Source: a virus
Taxonomy: Duplodnaviria > Caudoviricetes
DNA length: 37,214 nt
Virus record (IMG/VR): IMGVR_UViG_3300047308_000012
Span: 1 to 37,214 of that record
Reading direction: 5' to 3' (one strand)
This document shows, one piece after another, positions 17,985 through 25,325 of the stretch. A program made the translations under genes and the position numbers. A model generated the notes under the pieces. That model was not told the origin of the DNA. It searched no databases and saw only the letters and a program-made list of their open reading frames with translations. The number at the start of each line of letters is the position of its first letter. The first letter of the stretch is position 1.

Positions 17985-17990
17985 TAGAAT
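17963..17990 (+). promoter_or_regulatory. Strong sigma70 early promoter
   Basis: TTGACA-16 nt-TAGAAT, with a palindrome filling 17974-17984. Confidence 0.75.
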
Positions 17991-18034
17991 AGAGCCTTCA
18001 ACAACTTGTAACCCGTAACTGTAAAAGGATCACC

Positions 18035-18175
18035 ATGAACCGCCACCAACTGACCTACATCGACTTGTACCCTCAACCTATTGAACGTGAACCCAGCGGG
18101 TTTGCTTTGTTCCTTGGTGCAGTTGTCGCCTTGGTTGCACTGTACTGCGTGACCGTGTTTCTTTTTTCCCTGTAA
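18035..18175 (+). CDS. Early small membrane protein (46 aa), not in the ORF track
   Basis: AAAGGA RBS; MNRHQLTYIDLYPQPIEREPSGFALFLGAVVALVALYCVTVFLFSL. Confidence 0.75.
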   Translation: MNRHQLTYIDLYPQPIEREPSGFALFLGAVVALVALYCVTVFLFSL

Positions 18176-18200
18176 CCCGTAACCCGTAAAAGGATTGAAC

Positions 18201-18449
18201 ATGCTCACACTCGACAATATCCCTCACGCCACTGACAAGTGGTCAGACGTAACCCATCAAGCCCCCGATTGGCAGTTCCGCATCAGTCCCGTGAAGGGGA
18301 TCGAAACCTTGTGGCGTAAGAATAACCACCCTGCGTTTTACGATGGCTACCAAATCCACCGGATAGCCCTCGACACTCGATTGGCTCGTGAGTGGCTTGA
18401 ATGTGCTGGCTATGACACATTCGACCTCAACATGAAGTCCAAAGCCTAA
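18201..18449 (+). CDS. Early hypothetical protein
   Basis: ATG at 18201 after AAAGGA; 82 aa. Confidence 0.75.
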   Translation: MLTLDNIPHATDKWSDVTHQAPDWQFRISPVKGIETLWRKNNHPAFYDGYQIHRIALDTRLAREWLECAGYDTFDLNMKSKA

Positions 18450-18478
18450 CCCCTGTAACCACTGTAAAAGGATTGAAC

Positions 18479-18760
18479 ATGTCAACTCGAATCACCCGCG
18501 CCTTTTTAGACGCCAAAGCCGCCACTATTAACAGCATGAGGGGTGCACCCGCTGAACCCTATCGCACTGTTGACGGCAAAGCAGTCGCCAACAAGGGCAA
18601 TTACCACATAAGCGGCGCAAATGGCGGGTACAGCCTGCACCGTATGTGCAACGAATCCGGGGGAGTGTCTGACGTGTTTAGCGTTGGCCATATCCCCGCC
18701 CGTGAGTTGGCCGCGCTTATGTCAGCCTACATCGCTGGCTTGTATGACGCCACACGTTAA
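18479..18760 (+). CDS. Early hypothetical protein
   Basis: ATG at 18479 after AAAGGA; 93 aa, MSTRITRAFL. Confidence 0.78.
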   Translation: MSTRITRAFLDAKAATINSMRGAPAEPYRTVDGKAVANKGNYHISGANGGYSLHRMCNESGGVSDVFSVGHIPARELAALMSAYIAGLYDATR

Positions 18761-18778
18761 ACCCATTGGAGAACCATC

Positions 18779-19045
18779 ATGATTGACTTGACCAAACTTG
18801 ACCCCTCAGACGCTGAACGCATCGCTTACGCTGAAGGCTTTACAGGTGTAGCCGCCTTATATGCCCGACTCAGTGATGCTGATTTTCTGAACAGCGTCCA
18901 ACAGGAAGAAATCGAACAATTGAAGGACACGCTTTATCAATGCCTCCCATTTTTTGAAGACGAAGAAGGCAGGGTTTACAAGCCCAAGACAATGGCCTTC
19001 ATGTATCGATTGATTTGCAAATCACTCGGGGAGAAACCCGATTGA
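18779..19045 (+). CDS. Early hypothetical protein
   Basis: 88 aa with GGAG RBS. Confidence 0.72.
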   Translation: MIDLTKLDPSDAERIAYAEGFTGVAALYARLSDADFLNSVQQEEIEQLKDTLYQCLPFFEDEEGRVYKPKTMAFMYRLICKSLGEKPD

Positions 19046-19116
19046 TAACAGCCCTCATTGTTGCCCTAGTGGGCGTGATCCTTCTGCCCATTATCGAGAA
19101 ATTCTTAGACCTGTAA
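19042..19116 (+). CDS. 24-aa hydrophobic peptide
   Basis: GGGGAG 8 nt before a TTG start overlapping the upstream stop; MITALIVALVGVILLPIIEKFLDL; followed by a terminator. Confidence 0.55.
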   Translation: MITALIVALVGVILLPIIEKFLDL

Positions 19117-19122
19117 CCCCAA

Positions 19123-19153
19123 GCCCCTAATTTAACGATTAGGGGCATTTTTT
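19123..19153 (+). terminator. Intrinsic terminator of the early operon
   Basis: gcccctaat-ttaacg-attaggggc-atttttt. Confidence 0.75.
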
Positions 19154-19165
19154 AACCCTCACGCT

Positions 19166-19480
19166 ATGACACCCCTACCCATGACACAAACCCCCCTCAA
19201 TCCACCCAAAACACCCCTCGCAGGTACAGTGGCAGCACGTGCCAAGGACACCGCCGACAGACTGAACCTGTCAGAAGATCGTGCAGCACAGTATTTCGGT
19301 GTACCCGTTTTCACCTATCGTAAGTGGGCCACTGGTGAACGTGAACCGGGAGCAGCAGTAACCCGTCTGCTTGACGTTCTCGGCATGATCGAAGCGATGG
19401 CCCCTGATCTGCACCAGTCGTTCCTGCCCCCGGAACTTGGTCATGTCAAAAAATCCCGAGTAAAGAGGTCAACCCCCTAA
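19166..19480 (+). CDS. XRE/Cro-like helix-turn-helix regulator
   Basis: LNLSEDRAAQYFGVPVFTYRKWATGEREPGAAVTRLL. Confidence 0.78.
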   Translation: MTPLPMTQTPLNPPKTPLAGTVAARAKDTADRLNLSEDRAAQYFGVPVFTYRKWATGEREPGAAVTRLLDVLGMIEAMAPDLHQSFLPPELGHVKKSRVKRSTP

Positions 19481-19483
19481 AAC

Positions 19484-19510
19484 AAAAAGCCCGGTCGATC
19501 CGGGCTTTTT
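19484..19510. terminator. Bidirectional intrinsic terminator
   Basis: aaaaagcccgg-tcgat-ccgggcttttt between convergent genes. Confidence 0.88.
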
Positions 19511-22009
19511 TCATTCCATCGTGTCAGGGTCAAACCCCTTGACCAATTTACGCTCATAGCCCTTTTCGTAAGCGTATCGGTAGATGTAATCGGCATGGCG
19601 CTGTTTGGCCTTGATGACCTTTTCTCGGTAGGTCTTGAACATCTCGGGCAGTGAGGGGTTCAGTGCCCATGTCACTTTACGCTTGTGTAGCTCACTCTCC
19701 ACCTGCACTGCCCACCCTGCCTGCTCAATCACCAACATGGCGTCCATGACCATCTGGTCCTTCTGCCAGTCGGTCTTGCCCTCAAGGGGACGCCTTGCAG
19801 ACCGTTTGAGGGTGCGCAGGTCAACTGTCTGAGTGTCACCGCATATCTGGATGATGTAGTCGATCATCCACTGATCGAAATCGTTCGTAATCGCACCCCC
19901 CACCTCCCCGAGTGCGTAGCGGTAAGCCGGGATCACATAACCCCTCACCAAGCTGGTGACCCTGTTGACAACATCGACTGACACCACAGGGCTGAACGGT
20001 GACTCGATCAAGTGGAACATCAAGATTAACCGGCCTGCAAGACCCTCCAGCTTGCCAAAGGCCGTCATGTACTCCGTACCACTGTCCAGCACCCTCTCGT
20101 CCTGCTTGGCCAACTCGTACCACTGCTGGAACTCACGAAACGCTGTGTAGGCATCGGAACTTAACTGGTAGGTCTGTGGCTGAAGCGCGTAGGTCAGGCG
20201 CAGCGTGTTCTCCCATGCCGCTGCACTGGTCATGTAGTCGGGCACGGGCTGACCCAGCTTGGTCTTACTGCCCCGCAGGATGGCCGGAACGAACCGTTGC
20301 AGCAAGCCATCGGCTGACAGCGCCGCCAGATTGGCCTTGAACACTTGGGGCTGGATATTGCCGTAGATGCTCACGGCCAAGTTCTCGCAGTAGATCGACC
20401 CCGCCCCTACCCTATCCATCTCGTAATGCTCGGATTCATAGCTGACCACCCAAGCTGACCGGTCCTCCCCGCTGGCCTTGTCCGTCAGCTTACGCACCCA
20501 GCTATTCATTTCGTCAAGGTAGCACAGCAGGCCACGGGGCCGGTCTGCCGCTTGGCGCACCAGCTTCTGACTGGTGATGTCACTCACGGTGATCTTTAGG
20601 GGCACGGGCTGTGCGGGCATCTCGGGCACATGTGGTGCCAGATCACCACCCAGCAGTGCATCGGATGATGCTGACCACTCAAGGAACGCCTTCTTGGCAC
20701 TGGCGTATGCCGCCTCTTTGCCCTCCCAATCGAGTAGGTTCTTGGTAAACCCCGGACGATCTTCTGCCTCTATGCTCTTGAGTGCTGTCAGCATGGGGCG
20801 CGATCCGGGTGACTTCTTGTCCGCTGGGTCACCAAGGGTCATCAGCCACAGCACTGGTGGCACTTTAAACCCCGGCATGAGTTCAAGTCTGATGCGGGCG
20901 TCAACCACCCCGCAGACAGCGGCTAACCCAGCAAACAAAGGGACCAAAGGGTCGCAGCCCACGCTTTCTGAAATCTCTTGTGACCGCTGGCGCAGCACAT
21001 TGGGCCACAGTGACAAGTCCATGTCGGGGGCTTTGGGGCGTAGGCCGTCCAGCACATCAAGTGGCTCCATAACCGGTGTGGTGATCTTGCTGAACAACTC
21101 GGCAGCATCGGGCATGGGCCTGTGCCATCCGTGCTGCTTGGCGATGTGGAACAGCGTACCCAGCTTGACCGCTGTGGCCTTGTCGGACCTGAAGCTGACC
21201 CACTGCGTCAAAATCTCACGCTCTCCGGGGTACTTGGTCTGAGCCGTGGCGCTCCACTCGTTCCACAAGTGCAGGGCTTGGTCAAGCTGATCGGTCTGAG
21301 TGCCTGCCCAGTGCAGCGCCATGCCGATGTTCACCCACTCGTCGCGTGTGCAGTCAGCAGGTACAACATCGAGGGCTTGGCGAATTTCCTCCCATGATGC
21401 GTCAACCGTGCCGTCCGTGGCTATCGTGCGCTCCTTGTCCTGCGCCAGCAGCCCGTTCCACAAGTCAAGCAAGGGCTGGGGGATCATCGGGATGCGGGTC
21501 CAGTGGCCATGACCTGCCCACTGGTAAGGCTGTCGTGTCTCGGGGTGGATGGACGGGGGCAGCACGTCCTGCATTGTGAGACCGCTGACCGTGGCGCAGC
21601 GTAGCTCGTAGGCTGTGATGCCCCCGTGCATGATCTTCTTGGAGGGCAGCGCAGCGCCGAACGGGATGGCGTACAGCAGCTTACCGTGCCCCGGCTTGCC
21701 CGAGTTGATGACCACAGCATCGGGCGCATCGTACAGGGCTTGCAGGTCAATGCCGTACTCGGCCAGCAGACTGGTGGTGACGGTCCAGTTGTCGATGTCA
21801 AGGGCCATCGTGCCGCTGTACGCATGGGCTAGGCCGATGCCGTAGCCCGGTGGCAGATCGCCTTGGGCCTTCAGGGCGTTCTCTCGCAGGTTCCACCCCG
21901 GTGTGCGCGGCCCCTTGGTGTTGGCTGGGATGGGCACAAGGCTCCATCCGTGTCTGATGTATGCGTCAACGGACGCAGGGTGTGATTGCACTGTCTGTGG
22001 CGCTGTCAT
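19511..22009 (-). CDS. Bifunctional primase-polymerase with PriCT-2 and DUF3987-like domains
   Basis: 832 aa; GWSLVPIPANTKGP, ALDID, VLPPSIHP; WVNIGMALH...WNEWS; GLLCYLDEM, GNIQP, DGLLQRF. Confidence 0.85.
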   Translation of the reverse strand: MTAPQTVQSHPASVDAYIRHGWSLVPIPANTKGPRTPGWNLRENALKAQGDLPPGYGIGLAHAYSGTMALDIDNWTVTTSLLAEYGIDLQALYDAPDAVVINSGKPGHGKLLYAIPFGAALPSKKIMHGGITAYELRCATVSGLTMQDVLPPSIHPETRQPYQWAGHGHWTRIPMIPQPLLDLWNGLLAQDKERTIATDGTVDASWEEIRQALDVVPADCTRDEWVNIGMALHWAGTQTDQLDQALHLWNEWSATAQTKYPGEREILTQWVSFRSDKATAVKLGTLFHIAKQHGWHRPMPDAAELFSKITTPVMEPLDVLDGLRPKAPDMDLSLWPNVLRQRSQEISESVGCDPLVPLFAGLAAVCGVVDARIRLELMPGFKVPPVLWLMTLGDPADKKSPGSRPMLTALKSIEAEDRPGFTKNLLDWEGKEAAYASAKKAFLEWSASSDALLGGDLAPHVPEMPAQPVPLKITVSDITSQKLVRQAADRPRGLLCYLDEMNSWVRKLTDKASGEDRSAWVVSYESEHYEMDRVGAGSIYCENLAVSIYGNIQPQVFKANLAALSADGLLQRFVPAILRGSKTKLGQPVPDYMTSAAAWENTLRLTYALQPQTYQLSSDAYTAFREFQQWYELAKQDERVLDSGTEYMTAFGKLEGLAGRLILMFHLIESPFSPVVSVDVVNRVTSLVRGYVIPAYRYALGEVGGAITNDFDQWMIDYIIQICGDTQTVDLRTLKRSARRPLEGKTDWQKDQMVMDAMLVIEQAGWAVQVESELHKRKVTWALNPSLPEMFKTYREKVIKAKQRHADYIYRYAYEKGYERKLVKGFDPDTME

Positions 22010-22050
22010 AGAATAAGCCCGTTGGTGATTGCAGTTGCCGACACGTTCAT
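22006..22050 (-). CDS. 14-aa leader peptide coupled to the primase start
   Basis: AAGGAG RBS, MNVSATAITNGLIL, stop overlaps the primase ATG (ATGA). Confidence 0.5.
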   Translation of the reverse strand: MNVSATAITNGLIL

Positions 22051-22065
22051 GGAAACTCTCCTTTT

Positions 22066-22097
22066 AAGCCCCGGTCTAACCACCGGGGCTTTTCTTT
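22066..22097 (+). terminator. GC-rich hairpin with plus-strand U tract
   Basis: aagccccggt-ctaacc-accggggctt-ttctttt. Confidence 0.7.
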
Positions 22098-22119
22098 TGC
22101 AAAAATAATTTCAAAACAG

Positions 22120-22155
22120 TGGCACAATCGTATCACAGTGGTGTACACTTCGCCA
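22120..22155. promoter_or_regulatory. Overlapping divergent promoters for primase and replication operon
   Basis: plus TGGCAC-18-TACACT (22120-22149); minus TGGCGA-17-TACGAT with TGTGA extension; ACAGTGG repeated at 22116 and 22135. Confidence 0.55.
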
Positions 22156-22174
22156 TCGGTCAAGGAAATTATTT

Positions 22175-22384
22175 ATGACACAACCATTAAAATCTGCGTT
22201 TATGACTGTCCGAGTGACAGACATGACACGCGCCAAGTTTCACGCCAAGGCACGGAAGATCGGGAAACCGAGCGAAGTGCATCGTGAAATCGTTGAGGCT
22301 TTCGTAGAAGACCGCCTCACAATTCAACCCCCTGTAAACCGTAACCCTCTGGAGAAACTTTATGTCACTCGAACTCAAGATTGA
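22175..22384 (+). CDS. Ribbon-helix-helix (Arc/CopG-like) regulator
   Basis: 69 aa; beta strand FMTVRV then two helices (SEVHREIVEAFV); AAGGA RBS; first gene of the operon. Confidence 0.65.
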   Translation: MTQPLKSAFMTVRVTDMTRAKFHAKARKIGKPSEVHREIVEAFVEDRLTIQPPVNRNPLEKLYVTRTQD

Positions 22385-22745
22385 AGCCCTGACCGCCGCC
22401 GTGGTTGCCCTGACTGCCAAGCTGGAGTCAAGCAATGTAGCAGCACCCGCACCAGTTGCGCCAACCCCCGCACCCGTGGTACAAGCTGCCCCCGTGGCTG
22501 CTGCACCGGTCATGCCCGCCCCTCCTGCATTCGTAGCCCCTGCACCAGCACCCGTTGCCACTGGCGCACCGTTCAGTGACGGCAAAGGTCTGATCGACTA
22601 TGTGATGGGCGCATACAAGTCGATGGGTCCACAAAAGGGAGCCATGATCCAAAGCGTGCTGACTGGCATGGGCTATCAGAACATCAACGATGTCAAGCCC
22701 GAGCACTATGGTCAGTTGTTTACTGGCATTGAGGCACTGAAGTGA
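22362..22745 (+). CDS. Ala/Pro-rich protein of the APSE-like replication module
   Basis: 127 aa; MSLELKIEALTAAV, AP linker, INDVKPEHY end; precedes DUF2800. Confidence 0.75.
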   Translation: MSLELKIEALTAAVVALTAKLESSNVAAPAPVAPTPAPVVQAAPVAAAPVMPAPPAFVAPAPAPVATGAPFSDGKGLIDYVMGAYKSMGPQKGAMIQSVLTGMGYQNINDVKPEHYGQLFTGIEALK

Positions 22746-24085
22746 GCGATCACGCCATGCTGTCCCCATCGAAGCGCAGCCGCTGGGCCTTGTGCCCCGG
22801 CAGCATTCGGGAGGAGGCCAAGTACCCTGACACTGGTAGCGGCCCCGCTGCTGTCGACGGCACACACTCGCACACGCTGCTGGAATACTGCATTCAGAAC
22901 AATCGGTTCATTGACCCGATGATGCAAATCGGTGCGAATTTTGAAGATCATGAAGGTGACTTTGTGATTCATCAGGATCGTGCCGAGCGTGTCAAGATCG
23001 CCGTGGATTACATCCGTGAGCGTTCGATGGATGGTCTGTTCAAAGTGCTGTCCGAGGAGCGTGTAGACCCCGAGCACCTGCTAGGTCGCAAAGACTTGTC
23101 AGGCACCGTGGACTGCCAGATTCTTGGACCCGACACCCTTGAACTCATTGACTACAAAGACGGCATGGGCGTGGTGTCAGCCGAAGGTAACTTGCAGCTT
23201 GAGCAGTATGCCTACGGTGTGCTGGCAGGCTACAAGCTGCCCGTTAACGGTACTTACCCGTTCAGCACGGTTCGCATGACCATCATCCAGCCTAAGCTGG
23301 CGCTCAAGGGCATGATGCCGATCACTTCGTATGAAGTGCCCGTGTCCCACTTGTTGGCCAACATGGGTACAATCATCACGCAAGCTGCTGCCACTGACAA
23401 ACCAGACGCACCGCTTGTACCGGGTGAAAGTCAATGTAAATTCTGCCGCGCTAAAGGCTCATGTCACGCGCTGGCAAGTAACGTAATGAAGGAGGTCGGG
23501 ATCATGTTCCAGCCTGTTGTAACTCAAACACTCGATGTCGCGCAGCAAAGCGCCGATAAAGACCCATCCACGATGGACGATGCCCAGATCGCTCAGATCA
23601 TGGAAGCTGCCCCCTTGATGCGCCAACTCCTTGAAGGTGTCGAAGCTGAAGCGTTGCGCCGCTTGCAAGCAGGTCAGTCTATCCCCGGCTTGAAGCTGGT
23701 CAACGGTCGCGGCTCTCGCACTTGGGCACTGCCCGAAAACGAGATGGCCGAGAAGCTGATCAAGATGGGCATCCCTAAGTCCGCTGTCTACGAAACCAAA
23801 CTCGTAACACCCGCCAAGGCTGAGAAGCTAACGTGGAAGAAAAAGGACGAGATGGTCACGCTGACTGATCGCCAACTCAAGCGCATGGAGCAAGAGTACG
23901 TGGTTAAGCTGGCTGGCAAGTTAACCGTAGTCCCCGAATCTGATGGCCGTCAGGCTGTCATCACCAATGCTGCGCCGCTGTTTAGCGCAGTCATAGGGGT
24001 TGATTTGGCTATACCCGGCACAGAGAAAACTGTTGTCAATGGTGTGGTTCAACAACCCGAATCCCTGCCCTCGTGGCTTTCTTAA
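22742..24085 (+). CDS. DUF2800 PD-(D/E)XK (Cas4-like) exonuclease
   Basis: HAMLSPS...RWALCPGS, GTHSH, GTVD...IDYKDG, QLEQYA, CKFC...C. Confidence 0.85.
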   Translation: MSDHAMLSPSKRSRWALCPGSIREEAKYPDTGSGPAAVDGTHSHTLLEYCIQNNRFIDPMMQIGANFEDHEGDFVIHQDRAERVKIAVDYIRERSMDGLFKVLSEERVDPEHLLGRKDLSGTVDCQILGPDTLELIDYKDGMGVVSAEGNLQLEQYAYGVLAGYKLPVNGTYPFSTVRMTIIQPKLALKGMMPITSYEVPVSHLLANMGTIITQAAATDKPDAPLVPGESQCKFCRAKGSCHALASNVMKEVGIMFQPVVTQTLDVAQQSADKDPSTMDDAQIAQIMEAAPLMRQLLEGVEAEALRRLQAGQSIPGLKLVNGRGSRTWALPENEMAEKLIKMGIPKSAVYETKLVTPAKAEKLTWKKKDEMVTLTDRQLKRMEQEYVVKLAGKLTVVPESDGRQAVITNAAPLFSAVIGVDLAIPGTEKTVVNGVVQQPESLPSWLS

Positions 24086-24100
24086 ACTGGAGTAAATGTA

Positions 24101-24787
24101 ATGTCTGAAATCGTCTTTTTGAGCAACGTCCGTCTGTCCTTTCCCCATCTTGCTGAACCACAGCGCCAGATCAATGAGCAGACTGGTAAGGAACGCATCT
24201 CGTACAACTGCGAGTTCATCATGCCGCAGGACCACGTTGGCTTTCAGCAGTTCATGCAGCGTTACGGTGCGTTGGCGCTGGAGAAGTGGAAAGAGCACGC
24301 GCAAGCTGTGATGTCCATGATCCAGAATGATCGCAAGACTCGCTGCTTTGGTCGTGGCGAGGAGAAGGTTAACAAGAAGACCTTCCAGCCGTATGACGGC
24401 TACGCTGGTCATGTGTTCATCACCGCAGGGCGTGACTCGGCCCCGCAGATGATCCAAGCCGATGGTACACCTATCGACCCGAGCAACACGATGGCTTACC
24501 AACAGCTTGCACGCAAGATGTATGGTGGTTGCCGGGTGAACGCTGCCATCAAGCCTTGGCCTCAAGACAACAAGCATGGCCGTGGCATCCGCTGCGATTT
24601 GATCGCTGTTCAATTTGCTGGTGACGATACCCCGTTCGGTGAAGGAGCCGTCGATGCGTCTGGGATGTTTGGTGCGGTGGCGGGTGCTCCTGCTGGCATG
24701 TTTGGCGCTGCGCCTCAAGGTGCGCCTCAGATGCCTGCTGCGCCGTTTGGCGCACCGGTTGGCCTGCCTTCGTTCTTTGGTCAGTAA
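24101..24787 (+). CDS. Single-stranded DNA-binding protein (DUF2815 / gp2.5-like)
   Basis: NVRLSFPHL.EP, MYGGCRVNA, GIRCDLIAVQFAGDDTPFG. Confidence 0.85.
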   Translation: MSEIVFLSNVRLSFPHLAEPQRQINEQTGKERISYNCEFIMPQDHVGFQQFMQRYGALALEKWKEHAQAVMSMIQNDRKTRCFGRGEEKVNKKTFQPYDGYAGHVFITAGRDSAPQMIQADGTPIDPSNTMAYQQLARKMYGGCRVNAAIKPWPQDNKHGRGIRCDLIAVQFAGDDTPFGEGAVDASGMFGAVAGAPAGMFGAAPQGAPQMPAAPFGAPVGLPSFFGQ

Positions 24788-24794
24788 GTAAATC

Positions 24795-24869
24795 GGGGCT
24801 GAAAGCGGATGCTGTGATATGCCAAGTTTCGCTTGGAATACATAAGCACAGACGCAGCGAGTAGGCCCC
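24795..24869 (+). ncRNA. Candidate structured RNA (long irregular hairpin)
   Basis: Nested pairings GGGGCT/GGCCCC, GAAA/GAGTA loop, GC/GC, TGC/GCA, TGTG/CACA, TATG/CATA, CCAAG-TTTCG-CTTGG. Confidence 0.6.
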
Positions 24870-24890
24870 ACCTTGTAAGGAGTAACTGTA

Positions 24891-25325
24891 ATGGCTCACG
24901 GACTTAAAGGCACACCCGAGTACCTTGCTTGGGTGAACATGCGAAAAAGATGCAACAACCCTCAAGGGCATAACGTGCATTACTACGCACATGTGTCAAT
25001 ATGTGACGAATGGGGCGACCCTGTTCAATTTGTTGCAGACATGGGGCTGCGACCAAGCGCCAAGCATCAACTTGACCGGCGTGACAACACTAAGGGTTAC
25101 TCGAAAGAGAACTGCCATTGGGTTGAGAAGAAACTGCAAATGCAAAACACGCGACTTAGTAAATGGTGGATTATTGACGGTGTACGTTACGCTAGTTTGA
25201 GCGAAGCCGCTGCCGCCGTTGGCGTGACAATCAGCAGAGTTAAAGCGTGGTGCGAAGGGCGTACTGACGGTGGCTACATATACCCTCCGAAGCCAAATTG
25301 CTGGTCGGAGAAAAAATATGTCTAA
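24891..25325 (+). CDS. Free-standing HNH-type homing endonuclease with C-terminal NUMOD-like HTH
   Basis: EYLAWVNMRKRCNNP...ICDEW...FVADMG.RP...LDRRDNTKGYSKENCHW; IDGVRYASLSEAA. Confidence 0.8.
   Translation: MAHGLKGTPEYLAWVNMRKRCNNPQGHNVHYYAHVSICDEWGDPVQFVADMGLRPSAKHQLDRRDNTKGYSKENCHWVEKKLQMQNTRLSKWWIIDGVRYASLSEAAAAVGVTISRVKAWCEGRTDGGYIYPPKPNCWSEKKYV

Noticed and set aside
17984-18485. Minus-strand ORFs 17984-18217 and 18243-18485
   Set aside because: Antisense to plus-strand genes that have a promoter and strong RBSs
19166-19480. Lysogeny module
   Set aside because: HTH gene only; no integrase, ParA or att-like context is recognisable
24795-24872. tRNA or tmRNA gene
   Set aside because: Only the acceptor-like ends fit; no D arm, anticodon arm or T loop in position, no G3-U70 pair, and the end reads CCT rather than CCA
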